The position numbers were made by a program, and so were the translations under genes. From a bacterium (GTDB lineage Bacteria > JADJOY01), in assembly GCA_046331705.1 (NCBI GenBank), contig JAXLQJ010000010.1, positions 62,001-126,000 on the forward strand: a stretch of DNA of 64,000 nt, in the 5' to 3' direction. The notes below the pieces were generated by a model that saw only the letters and a program-made list of their open reading frames with translations, did not search any database and was not told the origin of the DNA. This document shows positions 23,001 through 32,200 of this stretch, one piece after another. Every line of letters begins with the position of its first letter. Position 1 is the first letter of the stretch.

Positions 23001-23460
23001 CAACAAGTTCGTGCTGGTCCCCAACAAGGAGATCATCACCCAGCGCCTCACGAACTTCACCGGCAGCGATCCCAAGCTCCGCATCGACGTGCCGATCGGA
23101 GTCGCCTACGGCAGCGACACCGGTTTGGTGCGCGACACGCTTCTCGAAGCCGCGCGCCGCCACGGGCGCGTCTTCAAGCGCCCGCCGCCGGACGTGCTCT
23201 TCAAGCAGCACGGTGACTCCAGCCTGGACTTCGTGCTGCGCGCGTGGGTGCACGTGAAGGATCGCGACGAGGTCGCCAGCGACCTGCGCTACGCGATCGA
23301 GAACGCCTTGCGGCGCCAGCAGATCGAGGTGCCGTTCCCGCAGCGCGTCGTGCACGTGGTGTCCGCGCCGCCGATCCCGCTCGCCGACGGGGCGGTGGAC
23401 GCGCGCGGCGACGAGGGCGTCGACGAGCACACGCCGAGCGACCCACGGCGGCTCGCGTGA
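20092..23460 (+). CDS. Large MscS-family mechanosensitive channel (MscK-like) with long periplasmic coiled coil
   Basis: Signal peptide, about 500 aa helical region, multiple TM, [37 protein letters not shown], PFPQR. Confidence 0.92.
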   Translation: [1122 protein letters not shown]

Positions 23461-23558
23461 GCGGCGGGCTCGAGGGGGCCGCGCCGCGTCCGATCTCCGT
23501 CGAACGCGGGATGCGGCGCCGCGCACGGCTCGCCGTCTGAGGCGCGAGGCTCGAGGCG

Positions 23559-25694
23559 ATGGCCGCGTCCCGGGTTCGATCCGCCGCGGCCCGCGCCGCG
23601 AGCGCCGCGCCGCCGATTCCGCGGGCGCTGCGCGAGCTCTGCGCGCGCGTCGGGATCGCGACCGCGTATCGCGACGGTTTCGCCGAGCGGCGCGTGCCGC
23701 CCGTGGACAGCTTGCTCGCGGTGCTGCGCGCGTGTGGCATCGCGATCCAACGAGTCGAGGACGCGAAGCGCTGCACCGCCGCGCTCGAGCGTCGTCGTTG
23801 GACGACGCCCACCGATGGCTGCGTGGTGAGCTGGGGCGACGCGGCGGCGCGCGTCGCGCTGCGCGTGCCCGCGCGGGCGAGGCGCGCGCCGATCCGCGTG
23901 ACGGTCGCGAACGAGGACGGCGAGCGCGTCCTCCACGATCTCGCCGCCGGTGCGCGAACCGTGCGCGAGGAGCGCACCGTCGATGGGATCGCGTACGCGC
24001 AGCTCGAGCTGCGAGTCGCCGCGCCCGGCGGCGCGGGCGTGCACGAGCTCGCGATCGAATGGGGTGACCAGCGCGCCGTCGCCACCTGGATCGTGGCGCC
24101 CGAGCGCGCGCACCCGCTCGCGGGCCGTCGCGCGATGGTGGTGGCGCCGCTCTTCGCCTTGCGCACCGGCCGCAGCCTCGGCGTCGGCGACTTCGGCGAT
24201 CTCGGCGACCTGGCCGAGGCGGTGGGTCGCTTGGGCGGCGACGGCGTCGCCACCTTGCCCATTCTCGCGGCGTTTCTCGACGAACCCTTCGATCCGAGCC
24301 CGTACGCCCCGGTGAGCCGGCTCTTCTGGAACGAGCTCTACCTGAACCTGGCGACGGTGCCGGAGGTCGAGCGCCTCGGCGACGGTTCGCCGCGCCTCGC
24401 CCGCACGGCAGCCCGCGAGGCGCGGGCACTCGCGTCCGCGGCGGACGTCGATTACCGGCGCGCGATGCGACTGAAGCGCGCGTGCCTGGAACGCTGCGCC
24501 GCGCGACTCGTTGCCGCGGGTGGAGCGCGCCTCGCCGCGTTCGAGACGTTCCTCGCGCGCTCGCCGAGCACACTCGCGTACGCGCGCTTTCGCGCCAACG
24601 TCGAGCGGCGCGGCACCAGCTGGCGCCGCTGGCCGTCCGCCGAGCGCGATGGCGTGCTCGCCGACCTCGAGATCGCCGACCCGCGCGTCCGCTATCACGC
24701 GTACGTCCAGTGGCTGGCGCACGAGCAGCTCGGCGCGCTCGCCGCGCGGGCGCGTGCCGCGGGGCTCGGGCTGCTTCTCGACCATCCGGTGGGTGTTCAT
24801 GCCGACGGCTTCGACGTGTGGGCCCAGCGGAGCGCGTTCCTCGAGGGCTGCTCGCTCGGTGCGCCACCGGACGATTTCTTCCGGCGCGGGCAGGGTTGGG
24901 GCGTCGCGGCGCTCGACCCCAGCGTCGTCGCGTCGCGTCCGGGGATCGACTACCTGCGCCAGGCGCTGGCCACGGTGATGACCTTCGCGGGAGCGTTACG
25001 GATCGACCACGTGATGGGGCTGCACCGTACCTTCGTCATCCCCTTCGGTGCCGAGCCCGCGGACGGCGTCTACGTGAGCATGCCGCGCGAGGCGCTCTAC
25101 GCCATGCTCTGCCTGCAGTCGGTTCGAAGCGGCTGCGCGCTCGTGGGGGAAGACCTGGGCACGGTGCCCAGGGGAGTTCGCCCCGCCATGCGGCGTCATG
25201 GGTTGCTGCGCACGCGGGTGCTCGGCCCCGAGCTCGACCGACACCGCGGGGACCCGCTGCCGAACCCTCCGTCCACGGACACGGCGCTCGCGTTCGGGAC
25301 CCACGACATGGCGACTTTCGCGGGCTTCCTCGCGGCACGCGACGTGAACCTGCGCAGACGCCTGGGCCTGCTCGGCGCGGCGGCGGCGCGAGACGCGCGG
25401 GCCGAGCGGGCCGCCCTGGTGCGCCGCTTGGCGGTGGCGGCGGGCGCCCGGGGCGCGCGAGCCCGCGAGGCGCTGCTCGCCCACTGCTGGAGCTGGATGG
25501 CCGCCAGCCCGGCACGGCTCGTGCTCGTGAATCTCGAGGACCTGTGGCTCGAGACGGTGCCCCACAACGTTCCTGGGACCGGGCTCGATCATCCCAATTG
25601 GAGACACAAGAACCGCTTCACGCTGGAAGAAATTCTCGAAGACCGGCGGTGGACGGCGAGGCTCGCGCGGGTGCTCGCGCGCGACGGGCGCTGA
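23559..25694 (+). CDS. malQ: 4-alpha-glucanotransferase (amylomaltase, GH77)
   Basis: SPYAP, GAPPD..GQGWG, catalytic RIDH, GEDLG and THD, NVPGT..NWR. Confidence 0.92.
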   Translation: MAASRVRSAAARAASAAPPIPRALRELCARVGIATAYRDGFAERRVPPVDSLLAVLRACGIAIQRVEDAKRCTAALERRRWTTPTDGCVVSWGDAAARVALRVPARARRAPIRVTVANEDGERVLHDLAAGARTVREERTVDGIAYAQLELRVAAPGGAGVHELAIEWGDQRAVATWIVAPERAHPLAGRRAMVVAPLFALRTGRSLGVGDFGDLGDLAEAVGRLGGDGVATLPILAAFLDEPFDPSPYAPVSRLFWNELYLNLATVPEVERLGDGSPRLARTAAREARALASAADVDYRRAMRLKRACLERCAARLVAAGGARLAAFETFLARSPSTLAYARFRANVERRGTSWRRWPSAERDGVLADLEIADPRVRYHAYVQWLAHEQLGALAARARAAGLGLLLDHPVGVHADGFDVWAQRSAFLEGCSLGAPPDDFFRRGQGWGVAALDPSVVASRPGIDYLRQALATVMTFAGALRIDHVMGLHRTFVIPFGAEPADGVYVSMPREALYAMLCLQSVRSGCALVGEDLGTVPRGVRPAMRRHGLLRTRVLGPELDRHRGDPLPNPPSTDTALAFGTHDMATFAGFLAARDVNLRRRLGLLGAAAARDARAERAALVRRLAVAAGARGARAREALLAHCWSWMAASPARLVLVNLEDLWLETVPHNVPGTGLDHPNWRHKNRFTLEEILEDRRWTARLARVLARDGR

Positions 25695-25716
25695 CATCGT
25701 CCTGGGAGCGCGATCC

Positions 25717-27717
25717 GTGAAGTCCGCCCGACGTCCGCCCGAATCCTCGCCCTCTCCCTCTCCCTCGCTTTCGCCCGAGAGTCTCCTGACCGAGTTCGAC
25801 CTGTACCTCTTCAACGAGGGCAACCACTTCCACCTGCACGACAAGCTCGGCGCTCACCTGCGCGAGCGGAGCGGCGAGTCCGGCACGCAGTTCGCCGTGT
25901 GGGCGCCGAACGCGCGCTACGTGAGCGTGATCGGCGATTGGAACGCCTGGGATCGATCCCGCCACCCGCTCACGCGCATCGGCGGCTCCGGGATCTGGGA
26001 AGGATTCATCGCGGGCGTCGGGAAAGGCGCCGTCTACAAGCTGCACATCGCGTCCGGCGTCAACGACTACCAGGTCGACAAGGCCGATCCTCAGGGCTTC
26101 CTGCACGAGGTGCCGCCGCGCACCGCCTCGGTCGTGTGGGACCTCGACTACGAGTGGGGCGACGGCGAGTGGATGCGCACCCGCGGCAGCCGCAACGCGC
26201 TCGGCGCGCCGCTCTCGATCTACGAGCTGCACGTCGGCTCGTGGATGCGCGTCGCCGAGGAAGGCAATCGCTCGCTCACGTATCGGGAGCTCGCGCCCAA
26301 GCTCGCGGCCCACGTGCGCGAGATGGGCTTCACCCACGTCGAGCTGATGCCGGTGATGGAGCATCCGCTCTTTCGCTCCTGGGGCTATCAGGTCACCGGC
26401 TACTTCGCGCCGACCCACCGCTTCGGCACTCCGCAGGACCTGATGTTCCTGATCGACACCCTCCATCAAGAGGGGATCGGCGTCATCCTCGATTGGGTTC
26501 CCGCCCACTTCCCGAGCGACGAGCACGGGCTCGGCTATTTCGACGGCACGTACCTCTACGAGCACGCCGACCCGCGCCAGGGCTTCCATCCCGACTGGAA
26601 GAGCCTGATCTTCAACTACGGCCGGCACGAGGTGCGCTCGTTCTTGCTCTCGAGCGCCTTCTTCTGGCTCGAGCGCTATCACGTCGACGGGCTGCGCGTG
26701 GATGGCGTCGCGTCGATGCTCTACCTCGACTACTCGCGCGAGGAGGGCGAGTGGATCCCGAATCGCTTCGGCGGACGCGAGAACATCGACGCGATCGAGC
26801 TCATGCGTCGCCTCAACGCCATGATCTACGAGCGCTTCCCGGACGTGCAGACCATCGCCGAGGAGTCGACCTCGTGGCCGATGGTGTCGCGGCCGGCCTA
26901 CGTGGGTGGCCTCGGATTCGGCCTGAAGTGGGACATGGGCTGGATGCACGACACCCTCGAGTTCTTCGCCCTCGATCCCATCCACCGCAAGTTCCACCAC
27001 AACCAGCTCACGTTCCGGACGCTCTATGCGTGGTCCGAGAACTTCGTGCTGGCGCTCTCCCACGACGAGGTCGTGCACGGGAAGTCGTCGTTGCTCGGCA
27101 AGATGGCTGGCGATCGCTGGCAGAAGTTCGCGAACTTGAGGCTGCTCTACGGCTGGATGTTCGGGCAGCCGGGCAAGAAGCTCATGTTCATGGGCGGCGA
27201 GCTGGCGCCGTGGAGCGAATGGAACGAGGAAGCGAGCCTCGACTGGGAGCTCTTGCGGCACGCCGAGCACGAAGGCGTGCGTCGCTGGCTCGCCGATCTC
27301 AACCGCCTCTATCGCGACGAGCCCTCGATGCACGAGGGCGATTGCGTTCCCGAGGGCTTCGAATGGGTCGACTGCCACGACGCCGACAACGGAGTCGTGT
27401 GCTTCCTGCGCAAGCCCAAGGGCAACGGCGCGCAGACCCTGGTGGTGCTCAACTTCACTCCGGTGCTGCGCATCGGTTACCGCGTGGGCGTGCCGTTTCC
27501 GGGCCGTTGGCGCGAATGCCTCAACTCGGACGCCCGTCACTACGCGGGCAGCGGCGCGGGTAATCTGGGTGGCGTGGTCGCGGAGCCCTGGCCGATCCAT
27601 GGACGCCAGCATTCGGTGCTGCTCACGCTGCCGCCGCTCTCGGCGCTCTTCCTGCGCGGCGAGCCCGCGCCTGCGCCGGTGCCGGTTCGCGAGCCGTCGC
27701 GCCGCTTGACCGGATGA
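25717..27717 (+). CDS. glgB: 1,4-alpha-glucan branching enzyme
   Basis: FAVWAPNA, IYELHVGSW, SWGYQ, LDWVPAHF, LRVDGVASMLY, AEEST, LSHDEVVHGK. Confidence 0.96.
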   Translation: MKSARRPPESSPSPSPSLSPESLLTEFDLYLFNEGNHFHLHDKLGAHLRERSGESGTQFAVWAPNARYVSVIGDWNAWDRSRHPLTRIGGSGIWEGFIAGVGKGAVYKLHIASGVNDYQVDKADPQGFLHEVPPRTASVVWDLDYEWGDGEWMRTRGSRNALGAPLSIYELHVGSWMRVAEEGNRSLTYRELAPKLAAHVREMGFTHVELMPVMEHPLFRSWGYQVTGYFAPTHRFGTPQDLMFLIDTLHQEGIGVILDWVPAHFPSDEHGLGYFDGTYLYEHADPRQGFHPDWKSLIFNYGRHEVRSFLLSSAFFWLERYHVDGLRVDGVASMLYLDYSREEGEWIPNRFGGRENIDAIELMRRLNAMIYERFPDVQTIAEESTSWPMVSRPAYVGGLGFGLKWDMGWMHDTLEFFALDPIHRKFHHNQLTFRTLYAWSENFVLALSHDEVVHGKSSLLGKMAGDRWQKFANLRLLYGWMFGQPGKKLMFMGGELAPWSEWNEEASLDWELLRHAEHEGVRRWLADLNRLYRDEPSMHEGDCVPEGFEWVDCHDADNGVVCFLRKPKGNGAQTLVVLNFTPVLRIGYRVGVPFPGRWRECLNSDARHYAGSGAGNLGGVVAEPWPIHGRQHSVLLTLPPLSALFLRGEPAPAPVPVREPSRRLTG

Positions 27718-30452
27718 GCTTGGAGACGCCCGCGCACACGCTCTCCGTCGCGGAGGTCGCCGCGCGGTTCGAGGTCGATCCCGCGCTCGGGCTGAGCGCT
27801 GCCGCCGCGCGCGCGCGGCTCGACGAGCTCGGCCCCAACGAGCTGGTCGAGCACGGCGGCAAGGGGCCGTGGCGGATCCTGTGGGAGCAGTTCGCCGCCA
27901 CGATGATGGTGATCTTGCTGTTCGCGGCGGGTATTTCGGTGTGGCTCGCCGACTACCACGACGCCATCGCGATCCTCGCGATCGTGCTGCTCAACGCGGT
28001 GCTCGGCTTCAGCCAGGAGTACCGCGCGGAGAAGGCCATCGCCGCGCTCAAGCGTCTGAGCGTGCCGACCGTCCGAGTGCGTCGTGACGGCGCGCTGCGC
28101 GAGCTCTCGGCGCGCGAGCTGGTGCCGGGCGACGTGGTGCTGCTCGAAGCGGGCAACGTGGTTCCCGCCGATGGTCGCGTGATCGAGAGCTCGAGCCTGC
28201 GCACCCAGGAGTCGGCGCTCACCGGCGAGTCGGAGCCGGTCGACAAGTCGGTCGCGGCGCTGGGCGCGGAGGCCGAGGCGCTCGGAGACCGGCGCAACCT
28301 GGCGTTCATGGGAACGAACGTCGTTCACGGACGCGGCCTGTTGCTGGCGACCGCGACCGGGATGCGCACCGAGCTCGGCAAGATCGCGGCCTTGATCCAG
28401 TCGGCTGGCCAAGAGCCGACACCGCTCCAGAAGCGTCTCGATCGCCTCGGCAAGGTTCTCGCGGGGGCGGCGCTCGCGATCGTGGCGGTGGTCTTCCTGT
28501 TGGGCATCGCGCGCGGCGAACGCGCCCGCGACATGATCCTCACCGCGGTCAGCCTGGCGGTGGCGGCGGTGCCGGAGGGGCTCCCCGCCGTGGTCACCGT
28601 CGCCCTGGCGCTCGGTGCCCAGCGCATGCTGAAGCGGCGGGCGCTGATCCGGAAGCTGCCGGCGGTCGAGACGCTCGGGTCGGTCGCCGTCATCTGCACC
28701 GACAAGACCGGGACGCTCACCGAGAACCGCATGACGGTCACGGCGCTCGAGGTGGCGGGGCGGCGCGTGGACGTGCCGCCGGTGGGAGCCGACGCCGTGG
28801 CTTCGCTCGCATTGCCCGAGCATCCGGCCCTGCCGCTGTTGCTCGCCGGCTCGGCGCTCTGCAACGACGCGGCGCACGAGCTCGGTGCGGCGTCCGCCGT
28901 CGGCGATCCGACCGAGACCGCGCTGGTGGCGGTCGCCGCGCGCTACGGGCTCGACAAGCACGCGCTCGAGCCGTGGCTGCCGCGCGTCGCCGAGCTGCCC
29001 TTCGACTCGACGCGCAAGCGCATGACCACGGTGCACGCCACCGCCGAGCTGAGTGCGCGCGCCGCGAGCGACCCGGCCCTCACCGGGCTCGCGAAGGCAC
29101 TCGCCGACACGCCGTTCGTCGCGTTCACCAAGGGCGCCGTCGACGGGCTCGTCGAGGTGTCCACGCGGGTCTGGGGCGAGCGCGGCGTCGAGTTCCTGGA
29201 CGCCGACCGACGCGCTCGGGTGCTGGCCGCGAACGCCGCGCTGGCGGGGCGCGGCATGCGCGTGCTCGGCGTCGCCGTCCGTCCTCGCGTCGATCCGGGA
29301 GTGGGCGGCGACGGCGATCCGCTGGAGCGCGACCTCACGTTCGTGGGGCTGGTGGCGATGGTCGATCCACCCCGCGCCGAAGCGAAAGCGGCCGTCGCCA
29401 CCTGCATCGGCGCCGGCATCCGGACGGTGATGATCACCGGCGACCACCCGCTCACCGCGCTCGAGATCGCGCGCCAGCTCGGCATCACGAGCGAGCGCGT
29501 GGTGACCGGTGCCGAGCTCGAGCGGGCATCGGATGCGGAGCTCGACGAGTGGGTGCGGAGCGTCTCGGTGTTCGCGCGGGTCTCGCCCGAGCACAAGCTG
29601 CGCATCGTCGAGGCGTTTCAGGCGCGCGGTCACGACGTGGCGATGACGGGCGACGGCGTGAACGACGCGCCCGCGCTCAAGAAGGCGGACATCGGCGTGG
29701 CCATGGGCGTCACCGGCACCGACGTGTCGAAAGAAGCGGCGGACATGGTGCTCCTCGACGACAACTTCGCGACGATCGTGGCGGCGGTCGAGGAGGGGCG
29801 CGTCATCTACGACAACATCCGGCGCTTCATCCGCTACCTCGTGTCCACCAACTCGGCCGAGATCCTGGTGATGCTGCTGGCGCCGTTCCTCGGCATGCCG
29901 CTGCCGTTGCTGCCGCTGCAGATTCTCTGGATCAACCTGGTGACCGACGGCCCACCCGCGCTGGCGCTCGGCCTCGAGCCAGCCGAGCGCTACACCATGC
30001 GCCGTCCCCCCTACGACTCCCGGGAGAGCCTCTTCGCCCGCGGGCTCGGGTTCCACGCGGTGTGGGTCGGGCTCTTGATGACCGTCACGTGCCTGGGCGT
30101 GGGCTACGTGCCGTGGCGCGCCGGCCGCGAGCAATGGCAGACGATGCTCTTCACCACCCTCGCGTTCGCGCAGATGGCGCACGTGCTGGCGATCCGCTCG
30201 GAGCACGATTCGCTCTTCCGCCAGGGGCTGTTCTCGAACCCGTGGGTGCTCGGCTCGGTGATTCTGACGGTCGCGATGCAGATGATTGTGGTATTCGTTC
30301 CCGGATTGCAGACCGTCTTCCACACGGTCGCGCTCGGACCCGCCGACCTCGGCTGGTGCGTGGGGCTCGCGAGCCTCACGTTCCTCGGTGTCGAGATCGA
30401 GAAAGGGCTCACGCGCCGCCGTCTACGCGAGGCGAGAAAGGTGACGACATGA
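27714..30452 (+). CDS. Cation-transporting P-type ATPase (type II, Ca2+-ATPase-like)
   Basis: LTGES, VPEGL, DKTGT, KGA, TGD, GDGVND, QILWINLVTD. Confidence 0.95.
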   Translation: MSLETPAHTLSVAEVAARFEVDPALGLSAAAARARLDELGPNELVEHGGKGPWRILWEQFAATMMVILLFAAGISVWLADYHDAIAILAIVLLNAVLGFSQEYRAEKAIAALKRLSVPTVRVRRDGALRELSARELVPGDVVLLEAGNVVPADGRVIESSSLRTQESALTGESEPVDKSVAALGAEAEALGDRRNLAFMGTNVVHGRGLLLATATGMRTELGKIAALIQSAGQEPTPLQKRLDRLGKVLAGAALAIVAVVFLLGIARGERARDMILTAVSLAVAAVPEGLPAVVTVALALGAQRMLKRRALIRKLPAVETLGSVAVICTDKTGTLTENRMTVTALEVAGRRVDVPPVGADAVASLALPEHPALPLLLAGSALCNDAAHELGAASAVGDPTETALVAVAARYGLDKHALEPWLPRVAELPFDSTRKRMTTVHATAELSARAASDPALTGLAKALADTPFVAFTKGAVDGLVEVSTRVWGERGVEFLDADRRARVLAANAALAGRGMRVLGVAVRPRVDPGVGGDGDPLERDLTFVGLVAMVDPPRAEAKAAVATCIGAGIRTVMITGDHPLTALEIARQLGITSERVVTGAELERASDAELDEWVRSVSVFARVSPEHKLRIVEAFQARGHDVAMTGDGVNDAPALKKADIGVAMGVTGTDVSKEAADMVLLDDNFATIVAAVEEGRVIYDNIRRFIRYLVSTNSAEILVMLLAPFLGMPLPLLPLQILWINLVTDGPPALALGLEPAERYTMRRPPYDSRESLFARGLGFHAVWVGLLMTVTCLGVGYVPWRAGREQWQTMLFTTLAFAQMAHVLAIRSEHDSLFRQGLFSNPWVLGSVILTVAMQMIVVFVPGLQTVFHTVALGPADLGWCVGLASLTFLGVEIEKGLTRRRLREARKVTT

Positions 30453-32200
30453 CGATGCGATTGGGCGGTGAGGTGGTGGCGGCGATGCTCGCCGCCGAGG
30501 GCGTCGACACGGTCTTCGGCATCGTCGACGGCACGTATCTCGGGCTCTTCGCGAGCTTCGAGAAGTACGGCATCCGCTTCTACTCGCCGCGCCACGAGAC
30601 CTGCGCGCTGCACATGGCGGGCGCCTACGCGCGCCTCACCGGCAAGCTCGGCGTGTGCATCGCCAGCAACGGGCCGGGTGTGGCCAACGCGCTGCCCGGC
30701 GTGGCGGTCGAGAACGGCGAAGGCAACCGGGTGCTCTTGCTCACGAGCTGCCGCCGTCAGGGCATCGCCTATCCCGATCGAGGCGGCACATACCAGTACT
30801 TCGATCAGGCGGCGGTCACGCGTCCCATGGCCAAGTGGAGCTGCGCCGTGCCGAGCTTCGATCGCATTCCCGAGCTCATGCGGCGCGCGTTCCGGATCGC
30901 GCACCGCGGACGCCCAGGCGTGGTCCACGTCGACCTGCCGGAGAACGTGCTCAACAATGCGTTTCCCGCCGGCGACGACTGGGTGCGCACGCCGCACCAA
31001 TACCGTCGCACCGAGCCCTTGCGCGCCGCGCCCGCGGACGTCGAGCGGGTGGCCGCGATGCTCCGCGAGGCGGAGCGGCCCCTCATCCACGCCGGCAGCG
31101 GCATCGTCCACGCGCTCGCCTACGACGAGCTCCTGGAGGTCGCGGAGCTCGCGCACGCGCCGGTGAGCACGAGCTGGGGGGCGCGCGCGGTGATGCCGGA
31201 CGCCCACAAGCTCGCGTTGCCGGTGCCGTTGCTCTCGGTGGTGAACGAGTGCCGCGCCGCCGCCGACGTGGTGCTGGTGGTGGGCTCGCGCCTCGGGGAG
31301 ACCGATTGGTGGGGCAAGGCGCCGTACTGGGGCCGCGGCGCGGCCCAGCGCCTCGTGCAGGTCGATGGCGACGAGGAGCTGCTCGGTCTCAACAAGCCCG
31401 CCGAGCTCAACATCCTCGCCGATGCCAAGGCGTTCCTCGCCGACCTCGCGCAGGCGCTACGCGCCGAGCGGGTGACGGCCGAGCGCATGCGCGCCCGCGA
31501 GGAGCGCATCGTGGAGCTGGCGGCCGCCAAGGCCAAGGCGCGCGCCGAGCTGGATCTGGCGCTCGAGAATCGCGATTCGCCGCTTCATCCGGCGCAGGTC
31601 CCGCACGTCTGCGATCAGGTCTTCGACGAAGACGCCATCGTGGTCGTGGACGGCGGCAACACCGCCGTTTGGACCACGTTCTTCCACGAGGTGAAGCGGC
31701 CGGGCGGCGTGCTGTCGACGTTCAAGTTCGGGATGCTCGGCGCGGGCGTGAGCCAAGCGCTCGGCGCGAAGGTGGCGCGGCCCGACGCGCAGGTCTATTG
31801 CGTGATCGGCGACGGCGCCATGGGCTTCCACGCCCAGGAGCTCGAGACCGCCGTGCGTCATCGCCTGCCGGTGACCTACATCGTGCTCTGCGATCGGCAA
31901 TGGGGCATGGTGAAGCTCACCCAGACCATGGCGCTGCCCGCGATCCGCGAGCAGCTCGGCGTCGAGGGCGAGGGCGTGATCAACGCCGATTTCCAGGAGA
32001 TCGAGTTCGACAAGCTCGCCCAGAGCATGGGCGCCCACGGCGAGCGCGTGAGCTCGCCCGACGAGCTGCGCGCGGCGTTGTTGCGGTGTGTGGGCGAGGC
32101 GCGGCCGTCGGTGGTCCACGTGGACGTCGATCCCATGCAGCACCTCTTCGCGCCCGGGCTCCAGGAGTTCAAGGCGATGCACCAGGAGCCCGCGGGCTGA
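30449..32200 (+). CDS. Thiamine-diphosphate-dependent enzyme (ALS / 2-hydroxyacyl-CoA lyase superfamily)
   Basis: RHE, SNGPGVAN, GRPGVVHVDLP, GDGAMG..CDRQWGMV ThDP motif. Confidence 0.9.
   Translation: MTMRLGGEVVAAMLAAEGVDTVFGIVDGTYLGLFASFEKYGIRFYSPRHETCALHMAGAYARLTGKLGVCIASNGPGVANALPGVAVENGEGNRVLLLTSCRRQGIAYPDRGGTYQYFDQAAVTRPMAKWSCAVPSFDRIPELMRRAFRIAHRGRPGVVHVDLPENVLNNAFPAGDDWVRTPHQYRRTEPLRAAPADVERVAAMLREAERPLIHAGSGIVHALAYDELLEVAELAHAPVSTSWGARAVMPDAHKLALPVPLLSVVNECRAAADVVLVVGSRLGETDWWGKAPYWGRGAAQRLVQVDGDEELLGLNKPAELNILADAKAFLADLAQALRAERVTAERMRAREERIVELAAAKAKARAELDLALENRDSPLHPAQVPHVCDQVFDEDAIVVVDGGNTAVWTTFFHEVKRPGGVLSTFKFGMLGAGVSQALGAKVARPDAQVYCVIGDGAMGFHAQELETAVRHRLPVTYIVLCDRQWGMVKLTQTMALPAIREQLGVEGEGVINADFQEIEFDKLAQSMGAHGERVSSPDELRAALLRCVGEARPSVVHVDVDPMQHLFAPGLQEFKAMHQEPAG

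Noticed and set aside
28973-30448. Apparent long N-terminal extensions on the ThDP enzyme, SDR, BolA and CehA ORFs in the track
   Set aside because: These are out-of-frame overlaps with the upstream real genes; true starts sit at ATGA-type junctions or downstream ATGs
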